Positions 1-9,721 of a stretch of DNA of 64,000 nt are shown piece by piece (position 1 is the stretch's first letter; each line of letters starts with the position of its first letter). Location: contig CAVUWV010000015.1 in NCBI GenBank assembly GCA_963745075.1, forward strand, positions 1 to 64,000, written 5' to 3'. Position numbers and translations under genes: made by a program. The stretch is from Candidatus Hydrogenedentota bacterium (GTDB lineage: Bacteria; Hydrogenedentota; Hydrogenedentia; Hydrogenedentales; SLHB01). The notes beneath the pieces are model-generated. The model searched no databases and was not told the DNA's origin. It was given only the letters and a program-made list of their open reading frames with translations.

Positions 1-1594
1 ACAGGTCAAGAAGGGCGACCTGCTGGTCGAACTGGACGGCAGCAAACTTCAGGATAGCCTGGTCGATCAGGAGATCAAGACCCAGAACGCGGAAGCCAGC
101 TTCGTCAACGCCCGCGAAAGCCTCGAAGTCGTAAAGAATCAGGCCCAGGCCGACGTGGAGAAGGCGCAACTTGGTGTACACCTTTGCCCAGGAAGACAAG
201 AAGAAGTTCATCGAGGGGGATTACCCGCTCCAGGATCGCGATGCCCAAGCCAAAGTCACTTTAGCAACCGGAGACATGAAACGCGCCCAGGAAAAACTGG
301 ACGGTTCCCGCCGTCTCGCCGAGAAGAACTACATCACCACGACCGAACTCGAGGCGGACCAGCAAAGTGCGTTGAAAGCGCAACTCGACCTCGAGATGGC
401 GGAAGAGCAGCAGAAACTGCTCAAGGACTTTGAGTACAAACGCCAACTCGCCCAGCTCGAAAGCGACGAAAAGCAAGCCGAAATGGCCCTGGATCGCGAA
501 AAGCGCAAGGCATCCGCCAATGTGGTGCAGGCGGAAGCCGATTTGAAGGCCCGGGAACTGGAACACACTCGGGAAGAATCGAAGCTCGAAAAGCTCAAGG
601 AACAATTGGAGAAGACCAAGATTTATGCACCGCGCGATGGGTTGGTCGTGTATGCCACGACCGGACAGGGGAGCTTCCGTGGAAACTCCGAACCCTTGGC
701 GGAAGGGCAATCAATTCGCGAACGCCAGGAACTCATCTACCTGCCGACGACGGACAGCTACAAAGCCGAAGTCAAAGTCCACGAATCAAGCCTGGCAAAG
801 GTACGCAAAGGTCTGCCGGTTACGCTTACGGTGGATGCCCTGCCCGGCCATACCTACCAAGGCGTGGTGGAGTTTATCGCGCCCTTACCCGACGCGCAAA
901 GCGTGTGGATGAATCCCGACTTGAAGGTTTACAACACGGATATTCATATTACCGGCAGCACCGAGGGGTTACGCACCGGAATGAGTTGCGGGGGCGAGAT
1001 TCTGGTCCAGGAGTTCGAGGACGCCTTGTACGTGCCGGTTCAGTCGGTCGTGCGGGAGAGCGGGGTTCCAACGGTGTACGTCGTCAACGGGCAGAAAGTC
1101 GAACGGCGAAAGGTCGCGATCAGGTCTCGACAACAACCGTATGGTTCAGGTGACCGATGGATTGAAACAGGGGGAAACCGTTTTGTTGGCACCGCCGCTC
1201 GCGGCCGACGAATTGGGCGCCCAACCCGCCGCGCAGGACCAGGATGGCGGCGCACCAGCCACTTCTGATGCTTCCGCCGATTCGGCCACTTCCGCGCAGC
1301 CGGCGGTGGCGCCCAACGATTCCTCCGGGCAGCCGCAATCGCCCGCCTCAAGCCCCGGAGACGCCGCTGCCGGTACCGATACACAACGCAGGTCTCCAGA
1401 CGCGGGAGGCGGCGGAGGCGGTGCCAGGTCACGGTTCCAGAACGCAACGCCCGAGGAACGCGAAAAGATGCGCAAGCAAGTGGGAAGAGCGCATGAAGAA
1501 CATGAGCCCCGAGGAACGGGCGCAAATGCAGGAACGAATGCAACGGCGATCCCGCGGCGAAGGCGCGGACGGCGGCCAGCGTCGGCCCGAATAG
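1..1594 (+). CDS. Efflux periplasmic adaptor (MacA/HlyD family), 5'-truncated by the window edge, with three apparent +1 frameshifts
   Basis: Frames join as QVKKGDLLVELD...coiled coil...KIYAPRDGLVVY...GLRTGMSC...VPVQSV...IGLDNNRMVQVTDGLKQGETVLL after removing single bases at ~172, ~1122 and ~1479; lies upstream of an ABC ATPase and a MacB-type permease. Confidence 0.85.
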
Positions 1595-1595
1595 C

Positions 1596-2298
1596 ATGGA
1601 ACCAGACGATTCGGATTCCATCGTCCAGTTGGACGATGTTCGCAAAACATACATCATGGGAAGCGAGGCGGTGCACGCGCTCGCCGGAATCTCCATGATG
1701 GTCAACCGCGGCCTCTTCTGTGCGATCATGGGCGCAAGCGGGTCGGGCAAGAGCACCATGCTGAACCTGCTCGGATGCCTGGACCGGCCGACCTCCGGCC
1801 GCTACGTGCTCGCGGGAAAAGACATCAGCACGCTGAACGACGATCAACTCAGCGACCTTCGGCTGGAGTATCTGGGATTCATCTTCCAGAGCTTCAATCT
1901 CATTCCGCAGTTGACCGTCCGCGAGAACATCGAACTCCCGCTCTTCTACCAGGGGTGGGATGCGGCCGTGTGCGCCAAGCAAAGCTACTGCCCTGGCCGA
2001 ACGCGTCGGTCTCGGGAACCGCGTGAATCACCGCCCCACCGAACTTTCCGGCGGACAACAGCAGCGTGTCGCCATCGCTCGCGCTCTTGCCAACGACCCT
2101 CACCTTATCCTTGCCGACGAACCAACCGGAAACCTCGACTCCTCCACAGGCGAGCAAATCATGGCGTTGTTGACCGATTTAAACCAACAGGGCAAGACCA
2201 TCGTGATGGTGACCCATGAACCCGATGTGGCCGCGCACGCGCAGCGGCGCATCTACATGCGCGACGGCCTCATCGAACGGGTGGAGGAGAATCCGTGA
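1596..2298 (+). CDS. ABC transporter ATP-binding protein (MacB/LolD type), +1 frameshift at ~1978
   Basis: Walker [10 protein letters not shown] in ORF 1596-2219; [20 protein letters not shown] and VTHE in ORF 1960-2298. Confidence 0.92.
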
Positions 2299-3569
2299 GA
2301 CGACAGATTCGGATTCTTCGAAACGTCCATCTCGGAATCAAGAATCTCTTACTGCACAAACTGCGCTCGTTCCTCACCATGCTGGGCATGGTGTTCGGGG
2401 TCGCCAGCGTCATCGCGATGTTGTCCATCGGCGAAGGCGCGAGCAAAGAAGCCCTCGCCCAGATCCGCAAGTTGGGCAGCACCAACATCATCATTAGCGC
2501 CGTGAAACCGGTCGAAGACCAGGAAAGCTCCAACACTACGAGTTTCGTCAGCATCTACGGGCTCCTCTACCAAGACGAAACGCGCATCCGCGAGGTATTC
2601 CCCGCCGTCATTCGAACCGCCCCCGTCAAACTGGTGCGAAAAGAAGGCCGCCTCTACGAACGTTCGCTCGAACTTCGGGTCGTCGGCACCACGCCCGAAT
2701 GGTTCGAACTCGTCCATCGACGCCTCTTGGGCGGACGGCCACTCGTTCCCAGAGACTTGGAAACCCACGCGCCTGTGGTGGTGCTGACGGAATACGGGGC
2801 ACGCCGCCTTCTGGCCACGCAGGAATCGATCGGACAGTCCTTGCGCATTGGCACGGATCAGTTCGAAGTCGTCGGCATCGTGCAAAGTGAAGAAGGCGGG
2901 AATGGGACCGGCATTCAGTTGCCCGACCAGCAGGTGGACGCCTATATCCCGTTGGATGTGGCCCGTGAACGATACGGCGACGTCACCATGCGGCGGACCA
3001 GCGGCTCTCGCGAGCGCGAACAGGTCGAACTGCACGAACTCATCGTTCAAGTGGCTTCCAATGACGACGTGGAAGCCACCGCGTTCGGCATTTCCGCCAT
3101 GCTCGAGCGATTCCACAAAAAGACCGACTATAGGGTCGACGTTCCCCTCGGGTTGCTTCGCCAGGCCGAATCCACCAAACGAACATTTAACATCGTCCTC
3201 GGTTCCATCGCTGGTATCAGTCTCTTGGTCGGCGGAATCGGCATCATGAACATCATGCTGGCGAGCGTGACCGAGCGGACCCGCGAGATCGGCGTCCGCA
3301 GAGCCATCGGGGCGAAGCGAAGACAAATCGTTGTCCAGTTCCTCATTGAGACGGTCGTTCTTTCCACCATGGGCGGCGTAATCGGGATTATCGTCGGCGT
3401 ATCCATCCCCATAGCGGTCACCTTTCTGGCCCACATGCCGACCGTCATCGCCCCCTGGAGCCTTTTGCTCTCGGTTGGTATCAGCATGACGGTAGGCGTG
3501 CTTTTCGGTCTGTATCCGGCCGTGCGAGCCGCCAATCTCGACCCCATCGAGGCCCTTCGGCACGAATAA
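2295..3569 (+). CDS. ABC transporter permease (MacB/FtsX family)
   Basis: [10 protein letters not shown]...[54 protein letters not shown]. Confidence 0.93.
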   Translation: MRRQIRILRNVHLGIKNLLLHKLRSFLTMLGMVFGVASVIAMLSIGEGASKEALAQIRKLGSTNIIISAVKPVEDQESSNTTSFVSIYGLLYQDETRIREVFPAVIRTAPVKLVRKEGRLYERSLELRVVGTTPEWFELVHRRLLGGRPLVPRDLETHAPVVVLTEYGARRLLATQESIGQSLRIGTDQFEVVGIVQSEEGGNGTGIQLPDQQVDAYIPLDVARERYGDVTMRRTSGSREREQVELHELIVQVASNDDVEATAFGISAMLERFHKKTDYRVDVPLGLLRQAESTKRTFNIVLGSIAGISLLVGGIGIMNIMLASVTERTREIGVRRAIGAKRRQIVVQFLIETVVLSTMGGVIGIIVGVSIPIAVTFLAHMPTVIAPWSLLLSVGISMTVGVLFGLYPAVRAANLDPIEALRHE

Positions 3570-3596
3570 CTGCCGAAATCGACGAATTATAGGTCT

Positions 3597-3636
3597 CCAC
3601 CTTCCACCGTGCCCCACCACTTCCCCATTTTTCCCC
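3597..3636 (-). promoter_or_regulatory. Inverted MraZ-box-like array (TGG repeats on the minus strand)
   Basis: CCA at 3604, 3614 and 3625 (10-11 nt period) in ccaccgtgccccaccacttcccca; mirrors the array at 3840-3895. Confidence 0.5.
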
Positions 3637-3708
3637 TTTCACGAACAAATTTCTTGAACAATTTTCCAAACAATCATGCCAATTTTTCCAGTTTTTCTCA
3701 TTTCCTAT

Positions 3709-3765
3709 ATTCTATATCTTGTGGCACATTCGTCAAATTAGATCGGTTTCTACAACATCTTGTGG
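3709..3765. promoter_or_regulatory. Two tandem NrdR-box-like sites
   Basis: attCTATATCTTGTGg (3709-3724) and ctaCAACATCTTGTGg (3750-3765) match all strongly conserved positions of acaCwAtATaTwGtgt; 41 bp apart. Confidence 0.55.
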
Positions 3766-3830
3766 CCTTTAGAGATTTTCCTTCATCGCTGTAACCTATT
3801 GGTTTCAAAGGAGAACCAACGATTTTCCTC

Positions 3831-3895
3831 TTGACAGGAGTGGGGGATGGTGGTACGCTGGGGTTGTTGAGTGGGGAATACTGGTAGAATTTGGA
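3831..3895 (+). promoter_or_regulatory. Sigma70-type dcw promoter overlapped by MraZ-binding repeats
   Basis: TTGACA (3831-3836), 17-nt spacer, TACGCT (3854-3859) with TGn extension; TGG repeats at 3841, 3851, 3872, 3882 and 3892 (~10-nt period). Confidence 0.75.
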
Positions 3896-3913
3896 GCGCG
3901 GAAGGAGTTCTTC

Positions 3914-4402
3914 GTGTACTACGGAGAAGCCATCACCAAATTGGACGATAAGGGGCGTATCACCGTTCCTCGCCGCATCCGCGAAACCATGGACTACGAG
4001 GGCCACCTCGTCTGGTACATGGCCCGAGGCTACGACCACTCCATCTTTCTGTTCCACAAGGACGAGTGGAACAAGATCCGGCAGCAGGCGGGACGCAAGT
4101 CCGCCATGGACGCCAAGACCCTGGCGTTTCGGCGGATGTTCTTCAGCAGCGTCGCCGAAGCCCGGCCCGACGGTCAGGGCCGCATGGCGGTGCCGCCGCA
4201 CCTGCGCGACTACGCCGGAATCGACAAAGAAGCGGTGCTAATCGGCGTGGACGACCACCTGGAACTATGGGATAGAGAGGCTTGGCACACGTTCCAGGAG
4301 TCGCACGATGCTGGGTATGAGGACATGGCGGCCCCGTTGTTCTCGATGGGGGAACCGGAGCTTGCCGCAACGGCGAAAGGTGGGCATGAGGATGAAAGTT
4401 GA
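3914..4402 (+). CDS. mraZ: Division/cell-wall cluster transcriptional repressor MraZ
   Basis: Two AbrB-like repeats (LDDKGRITVP, DGQGRMAVP) and IGVDDHLELW; first gene of the dcw cluster. Confidence 0.95.
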   Translation: MYYGEAITKLDDKGRITVPRRIRETMDYEGHLVWYMARGYDHSIFLFHKDEWNKIRQQAGRKSAMDAKTLAFRRMFFSSVAEARPDGQGRMAVPPHLRDYAGIDKEAVLIGVDDHLELWDREAWHTFQESHDAGYEDMAAPLFSMGEPELAATAKGGHEDES

Positions 4403-4736
4403 GCGAACGGACATCGGTGGGGTAACGGTGCTGCGGCTCCAGGGCGACATTGACGAGACAGGTGTGGACGCATTGCGTACGGCAATGTACGAATGCATCA
4501 GCGACGGCCGCACGAAACTGGTCCTGAATCTGAGCAGCATGCGTTTCATCAGCTACATGGGCGTGGGCGTTCTGGTCGAACGGCTTCGCAAATTGCGCGC
4601 CAAAGGCGGCGATATGAAGCTGGTGGGCATCAATCTCTACACGCAACGCCTCTTCCGCATGGTGGGGGTCCAGTCGCTGTTCGACACGTTCGAGAACGAA
4701 TCGAAGGCCGTTGGCGTGTACCAGGAGGCGGCATAG
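4392..4736 (+). CDS. STAS-domain (anti-sigma-factor antagonist-like) protein
   Basis: VTVLRLQGDID...LVLNLSSMRFISYMGVGVLV...GGDMKLVG...LFRMVG; start overlaps the mraZ stop. Confidence 0.85.
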   Translation: MKVERTDIGGVTVLRLQGDIDETGVDALRTAMYECISDGRTKLVLNLSSMRFISYMGVGVLVERLRKLRAKGGDMKLVGINLYTQRLFRMVGVQSLFDTFENESKAVGVYQEAA

Positions 4737-4746
4737 CGCCCGCACC

Positions 4747-5707
4747 GTGTGCGGGTAATCGAGGCGGCCGGACTCCGCACATTCCGGTGTTGGCCGCGCC
4801 CGTCCTCAAATGGCTCGCGATTCAGCCGGACGGAACCTATGTCGATTGCACGGCCGGCGCAGGCGGTCATTCGGAACTCATTGCACAATCACTAAGCGGC
4901 GGACGGCTCCTTGCGTTGGATCGGGATCCAACGGCAGTTGAATTGGTCAGAAAGCGGCTGGCCTCTTACCCGTCCGTACGCGTTGCGCACGCGAACTACG
5001 CGCATCTGGCCACGGTCTTACACGATCTTGGTATCGGCCCCGTGCAGGGCATCTTGATCGACGCGGGTGTATCAAGCATGCAAATTGACGATCCCAAACG
5101 CGGGTTTTCGCTCCAGCATGAGGGTCCGCTGGACATGCGGATGAATCCTGCTGAAGGCATGACGGCTTTGGAATATCTGGCAACCACAGATCCCGACGAA
5201 TTGACACGGGTTCTTCGTTCTTACGGCGACGTGGGACCAGCCCGCCGGATCGCTAAACTGTTGTCGGTGCGGGCGAGGGAGGGGCGCATTCGGACGACCC
5301 TCGATCTGGTACGGGCCGTTCAAGAATCCTTGTCTTTTGTGCGAGGAATCCCCGACGAAGTTCGAACCGTGTTTCAAGCCATTCGCATTGCCGTGAACGA
5401 CGAACTCGCCGGCCTCGCCGAAGGCGTTCACCAAGCCATCGAGTGCCTCGCGCCCGGCGGCCGTCTCGCCGTCATCTCGTTCCATTCCGGCGAAGACCGT
5501 ATTGTGAAGAGCGCATTTAACCGGGAAGGCAAACCCCAACGTGAGCTCCATCCCGACGGCCGGCTCAAGCGGGAGATCGCGCCGCGGTTGAAGATTCTGA
5601 CGCGTAAACCCACTATTCCCGATGCCCGCGAAGTGTGCGACAACCCTCGAGCGCACAGTGCGCGCCTGCGCGTCGCGGAGCGGGTTTCGGAGGAACCGGC
5701 GTCATGA
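4747..5707 (+). CDS. rsmH: 16S rRNA m4C1402 methyltransferase RsmH (start uncertain; GTG at 4747 needs one extra base removed at ~4750)
   Basis: HIPVL, VDCTAGAGGHS, DAGVSSMQID, GPLDMRM, FQAIRIAVNDEL, ISFHSGEDRIVK, NPRAHSARLR. Confidence 0.95.
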
Positions 5708-6111
5708 CCCGCGGTGCACAGGCGAGACCGGCTCGGCGCGTGCTGTCGGGAGCCCTGAAATGGGTCCCAGTTCTGTTGATACCGTTCTCCGCATTCTTCT
5801 TTGAGACGTGGTTGCAGTTGCAGATCTTCAAGCGAGACTACGAAGCCGCCGAGCTGAGCCGTGAAATTCGGGAAACCAATCAGCGCATTGACGGACTGGA
5901 AGAGCGGGCAGACGAATTGATGACCCTTAAACGAATTACCGAGCAGGCCCCCGACCTCGGATTGGTGGAACCCGAACCCAATCAGATCGCGGTCGTGAAG
6001 GTCACCCCGGGACCCGAGGTGACCACGGACGACGCGTTCTATGAAATGGCCCGTTTGCCGGTGCCGGAACGAAGCAATTCCAAAGCCGCGCGCGATGTCG
6101 GCGAGCCTTGA
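5704..6111 (+). CDS. ftsL: Cell division protein FtsL-like (single TM plus coiled coil)
   Basis: Located between rsmH and ftsI with ATGA overlap; hydrophobic segment followed by a heptad coil and A..LGLVEP. Confidence 0.65.
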   Translation: MTRGAQARPARRVLSGALKWVPVLLIPFSAFFFETWLQLQIFKRDYEAAELSREIRETNQRIDGLEERADELMTLKRITEQAPDLGLVEPEPNQIAVVKVTPGPEVTTDDAFYEMARLPVPERSNSKAARDVGEP

Positions 6112-8297
6112 GGTGCAGAGCTATGACCGCATCGAAAATGCAGCGCCCCTCGCCGGCTTCAGAACTTCCCATCACCAAAAAGCACCGGGTGCGTATTCGA
6201 GTTGTTTTTTGGGGCTTTCTCATTGCATTCAATTTCATCATCATTCATCTCGTCAAACTTCAGGCGTGGCCCGATGAGAAGTTCCTGAAGAACGATCGGG
6301 CCCACGTAGGCGAAGTTCCGTTGACCATTCCGCGCGGCCGGATTTTTGACCGGGAGGAACGAATTCTGGCCCGCGATCGACAGGCGCCGTCCATCTGGGC
6401 CAATCCCCGCTACATCGCCGACCCCATAGACGCGGCCCAACGGCTGAGCACCAAGCTGAACCTGAATGAAGACGTCGTACTCGAGCGATTGACCCGCCGC
6501 ACCGCCGATGGTGAAAAGATGCAAGCCGTTCCCATCAAACGGTACTTGACGGAAGATGAATTCAACGCGCTTGGCGATTTGAACGCGTTTGTCGGCGGCG
6601 GGCTGCAAGTGAAGCGTGAACCCGTACGGTACTATCCCGAGGATTCGCTGGCGGCCCATGTCCTCGGATATGTGAACCTCGATCGCGGCGGGGCGCAGGG
6701 AATTGAATACGCGTACGATTCATATCTCCGCAGTATCGAGGGCGTGCATCGGTCGCGCGTGGACGCGCGAAGAAACCTGCTGGCCTCGTTGACCCTCGAA
6801 TACGTGCCCCCCGCGGGCGGCAACGACGTCGATCTGACCATTGACAAGCCCATCCAGCACACGCTCGAACGGGAACTGATGGCGGTTATGGAACGCTGCC
6901 AGGCACCCCGGGCCATGGGGATGCTGATGGATCCGAAAACCGGCGCCATCCTGGCCCTCGCCTGTATGCCGACTTTCGATCCCAATGCCTACTGGGAGTA
7001 TACGAACGAGCAGCGCAAGAACCGCGCCGTGACGGACGTATTCGAGCCGGGCTCCGCCTTTAAGATCGTCACCGCGTCCGCCGCCCTCGAAATGGGATTG
7101 GTAACTCCGGATACGCTAATCAACTGCGAAGGGGGACGCTGGAATGCCTTTGGGCGGCGTGTGATCTCCGACGCCCATGACATGAACGTCGTGCCGTTCC
7201 GCGAAGTCTTCGCAGAGTCCAGCAATATCGGTATCATCAAAACGGCGGGCAGGATCGTCGACCGGGGCGGTAATGAACTCCTCGATCGGTGGATTCGCAG
7301 TTTCGGCTTCGGCAGCACAACCAGCCGTGACTTTCAGTTGGAAAGCGCCGGCATCTACGCACCACTCAAGAAATGGTCCAAACTGTCCCCAATCTCCTTA
7401 CCGATCGGGCAGGAGATCGCGGTAACCGTGCCGCAACTTGCGCGTGCATTCGCCGTCATCGCCAACGGCGGCTATCTCGTCGAGCCGCATCTGGTCCAGT
7501 CCGTCAAGAACCGCGAAGGTGAAGTGCTCTACCGCTTCGAGCCTGTCGAGCAGAAGCGGGTGATTTCTGAACGAACCGCCAACATTATGAAGGAACTGTG
7601 CTACGAAGTGGTGGCCCATGGAACGGGTACGCGCGCCGCGATCCCCGAGTTCCGCGCCGGCGGGAAGACCGGTACCGCCCAAGTGGCGCGGCCCGACGGC
7701 AAAGGGTACTATGATGACCGCTATACCGCCGTCTTCGCGGGGTTCGCGCCAATCTCCGATCCGCGCGTTTGCGCCGTGATCGTGGTCTACAATCCGCAAA
7801 GCAAGCTCTACTGGGGCGGCTATGTTTCCGGGCCGGTGTTCAAGAATGTGGTTCGTGAAGCGCTGATCCGTCTCGAATGTCCCGAAGACCCGATGGAAGA
7901 CTACCACGGCGAGGAAGCGATCGAGGACGGCGACGCGGATACGCTCGTCGCGCGCGAAGGTATGCCGCCGGAAAGCGAACCCGTGGTCACTACCCGTAGC
8001 GAAGCCGAACTCGCCTATGAAAACGCGGAACTTATGGCGAAGGAATCGGATCAAAACGATACGACCCCGCGGTTGCCCAGTTTCGATGGACTAACCAAGG
8101 CCCAGGCCAAAGATGCACTCGCCAAACTGGCCCTACCTTGGGACGCCCAAGGCAGCGGCTGGGTCGTGGCACAAGAACCTGCTCCGGGAACGCCCCTGGC
8201 CAACGTGGACCAGTGCCGGCTTGTTTTCTCGAACACCAGACACGATGAGTTGGAAGATGACTCTGCACGACTTAAAAAGACTGCTGCACTGCAGTGA
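6108..8297 (+). CDS. ftsI: Class B penicillin-binding protein FtsI with C-terminal PASTA-like domain
   Basis: RGRIFDR, RYYP, EPGSAFK (SxxK), SSN, GKTGTAQ; C-terminal LPSFDGLTK...GSGWVVAQEPAPGT. Confidence 0.93.
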   Translation: MRCRAMTASKMQRPSPASELPITKKHRVRIRVVFWGFLIAFNFIIIHLVKLQAWPDEKFLKNDRAHVGEVPLTIPRGRIFDREERILARDRQAPSIWANPRYIADPIDAAQRLSTKLNLNEDVVLERLTRRTADGEKMQAVPIKRYLTEDEFNALGDLNAFVGGGLQVKREPVRYYPEDSLAAHVLGYVNLDRGGAQGIEYAYDSYLRSIEGVHRSRVDARRNLLASLTLEYVPPAGGNDVDLTIDKPIQHTLERELMAVMERCQAPRAMGMLMDPKTGAILALACMPTFDPNAYWEYTNEQRKNRAVTDVFEPGSAFKIVTASAALEMGLVTPDTLINCEGGRWNAFGRRVISDAHDMNVVPFREVFAESSNIGIIKTAGRIVDRGGNELLDRWIRSFGFGSTTSRDFQLESAGIYAPLKKWSKLSPISLPIGQEIAVTVPQLARAFAVIANGGYLVEPHLVQSVKNREGEVLYRFEPVEQKRVISERTANIMKELCYEVVAHGTGTRAAIPEFRAGGKTGTAQVARPDGKGYYDDRYTAVFAGFAPISDPRVCAVIVVYNPQSKLYWGGYVSGPVFKNVVREALIRLECPEDPMEDYHGEEAIEDGDADTLVAREGMPPESEPVVTTRSEAELAYENAELMAKESDQNDTTPRLPSFDGLTKAQAKDALAKLALPWDAQGSGWVVAQEPAPGTPLANVDQCRLVFSNTRHDELEDDSARLKKTAALQ

Positions 8298-9720
8298 GCC
8301 TTCGGTCGCGGCGACGCCAATCGAATCGGTCACAGAAGATTCGCGCCGGGTTAAGCCCGGCGCAGTTTTTGTGGCCGTGCAGGGCGAGCGTTCGGATGGC
8401 CATGTTTTTGCCTCCGACGCCGTAAAGGCGGGTGCGATCGCCATTGTCGGGGCTCGGGCCGATATTACGGAATGGGATGGCGTACCGTATTTCCCCGCGG
8501 ACGAGCCCCGCGTGGTGCTGGGCCGTATCGCGCACACGCTCGCCGGGAATCCGACGGAAAGTCTTTCTGTGATTGGAGTCACGGGCACAAACGGCAAATC
8601 CAGCACAGTCCTGTTGGCCCAACGAATCCTGCGAACGAGCGGGGACAAGGCCTCCTGTTTAGGTACATTGGGCTACGAAATCGCGGGAGAAACCATTCCG
8701 GCTCCCCATACGACCCCCTTCGGCGAGGATTTGGCCGCATTGCTGGGACGTGCCCGCGATGCCGGCGAAACCCATGTCGTCATGGAAGTCAGTTCCCACG
8801 CGCTCGAACAGGAACGTGTCGCGGGCATCCGATTCACGGTCGGTGCGTTCACCAATCTGACGCAGGATCACCTCGACTATCACCAGGATATGGATCGATA
8901 CCGGCGCGCCAAGATTCGTCTGTTCGACCGGATAGAAGGAGAAGGATGTTGCACTGTCGTGAACGCCGAGGACCCCAGCGCGAAATTCTTTATCGCGGCG
9001 TCCCGAGTTCCGTGCCATACATACGGTGCTACCGGACACTGCCGGGCGGAAGATGTTCATATGACGACGGAAGCGACCACATTCCGCCTGGTCACCCCAT
9101 GGGGAGATACCCAATGTTCGACCCGGTTACTGGGGCGGCATAATGTGAGCAACGCGTTGTGCGCAGCGACCATTTGTGGTGCGGTCGGTGTTCCCGTGGT
9201 TCGAATCCGTGATGGCATTGCAGGTTTATCGAGCGTACCGGGTCGTTTTGAGCGCGTCGAATCGGATCACGAGTTTCAGGTGGTCGTCGACTACGCGCAT
9301 ACGGACGACGGCCTCCGCAACGTGTTGCAGGCCGCGCGCGAAATCTGTTCCGGTCGTGTGCTCCTGGTTTTCGGCTGTGGCGGCGACCGGGATAAGGGGA
9401 AACGTCCCAAGATGGGACGTGCCGCGGCTGAATTGGCGGACTTTTCTTACGTTACCTCCGACAACCCACGCACGGAAGATCCGGATCGGATTCTGCTCGA
9501 TGTCGAAGTTGGTCTACAGCATGCCGGAAAACGGAAATACGACGACTATCTCATAATTGCGGATCGTGCGACGGCGATACGCGACGCGATTGGCGAGGCA
9601 AAGTCCGGAGACCTCATCCTGATTGCGGGCAAAGGCCACGAGGACTATCAGATTCTCGGCACCAAACGCATTCACTTCGACGACCGCGAAATTGCCCGCG
9701 CGATACTCGAGGAGCGTTAG
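8257..9720 (+). CDS. murE: UDP-MurNAc-tripeptide synthetase MurE (DAP type)
   Basis: DSRRVKPG, GVTGTNGKSS, MEVSSHAL, TNLTQDHLDYH, VDYAHT, GCGGDRD, SDNPR, AGKGHEDYQ. Confidence 0.96.
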   Translation: MTLHDLKRLLHCSEPSVAATPIESVTEDSRRVKPGAVFVAVQGERSDGHVFASDAVKAGAIAIVGARADITEWDGVPYFPADEPRVVLGRIAHTLAGNPTESLSVIGVTGTNGKSSTVLLAQRILRTSGDKASCLGTLGYEIAGETIPAPHTTPFGEDLAALLGRARDAGETHVVMEVSSHALEQERVAGIRFTVGAFTNLTQDHLDYHQDMDRYRRAKIRLFDRIEGEGCCTVVNAEDPSAKFFIAASRVPCHTYGATGHCRAEDVHMTTEATTFRLVTPWGDTQCSTRLLGRHNVSNALCAATICGAVGVPVVRIRDGIAGLSSVPGRFERVESDHEFQVVVDYAHTDDGLRNVLQAAREICSGRVLLVFGCGGDRDKGKRPKMGRAAAELADFSYVTSDNPRTEDPDRILLDVEVGLQHAGKRKYDDYLIIADRATAIRDAIGEAKSGDLILIAGKGHEDYQILGTKRIHFDDREIARAILEER

Positions 9721-9721
9721 G

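Noticed and set aside
3570..3830. AT-rich region as a replication origin
   Set aside because: No TTATCCACA-type DnaA boxes and no dnaA/dnaN context
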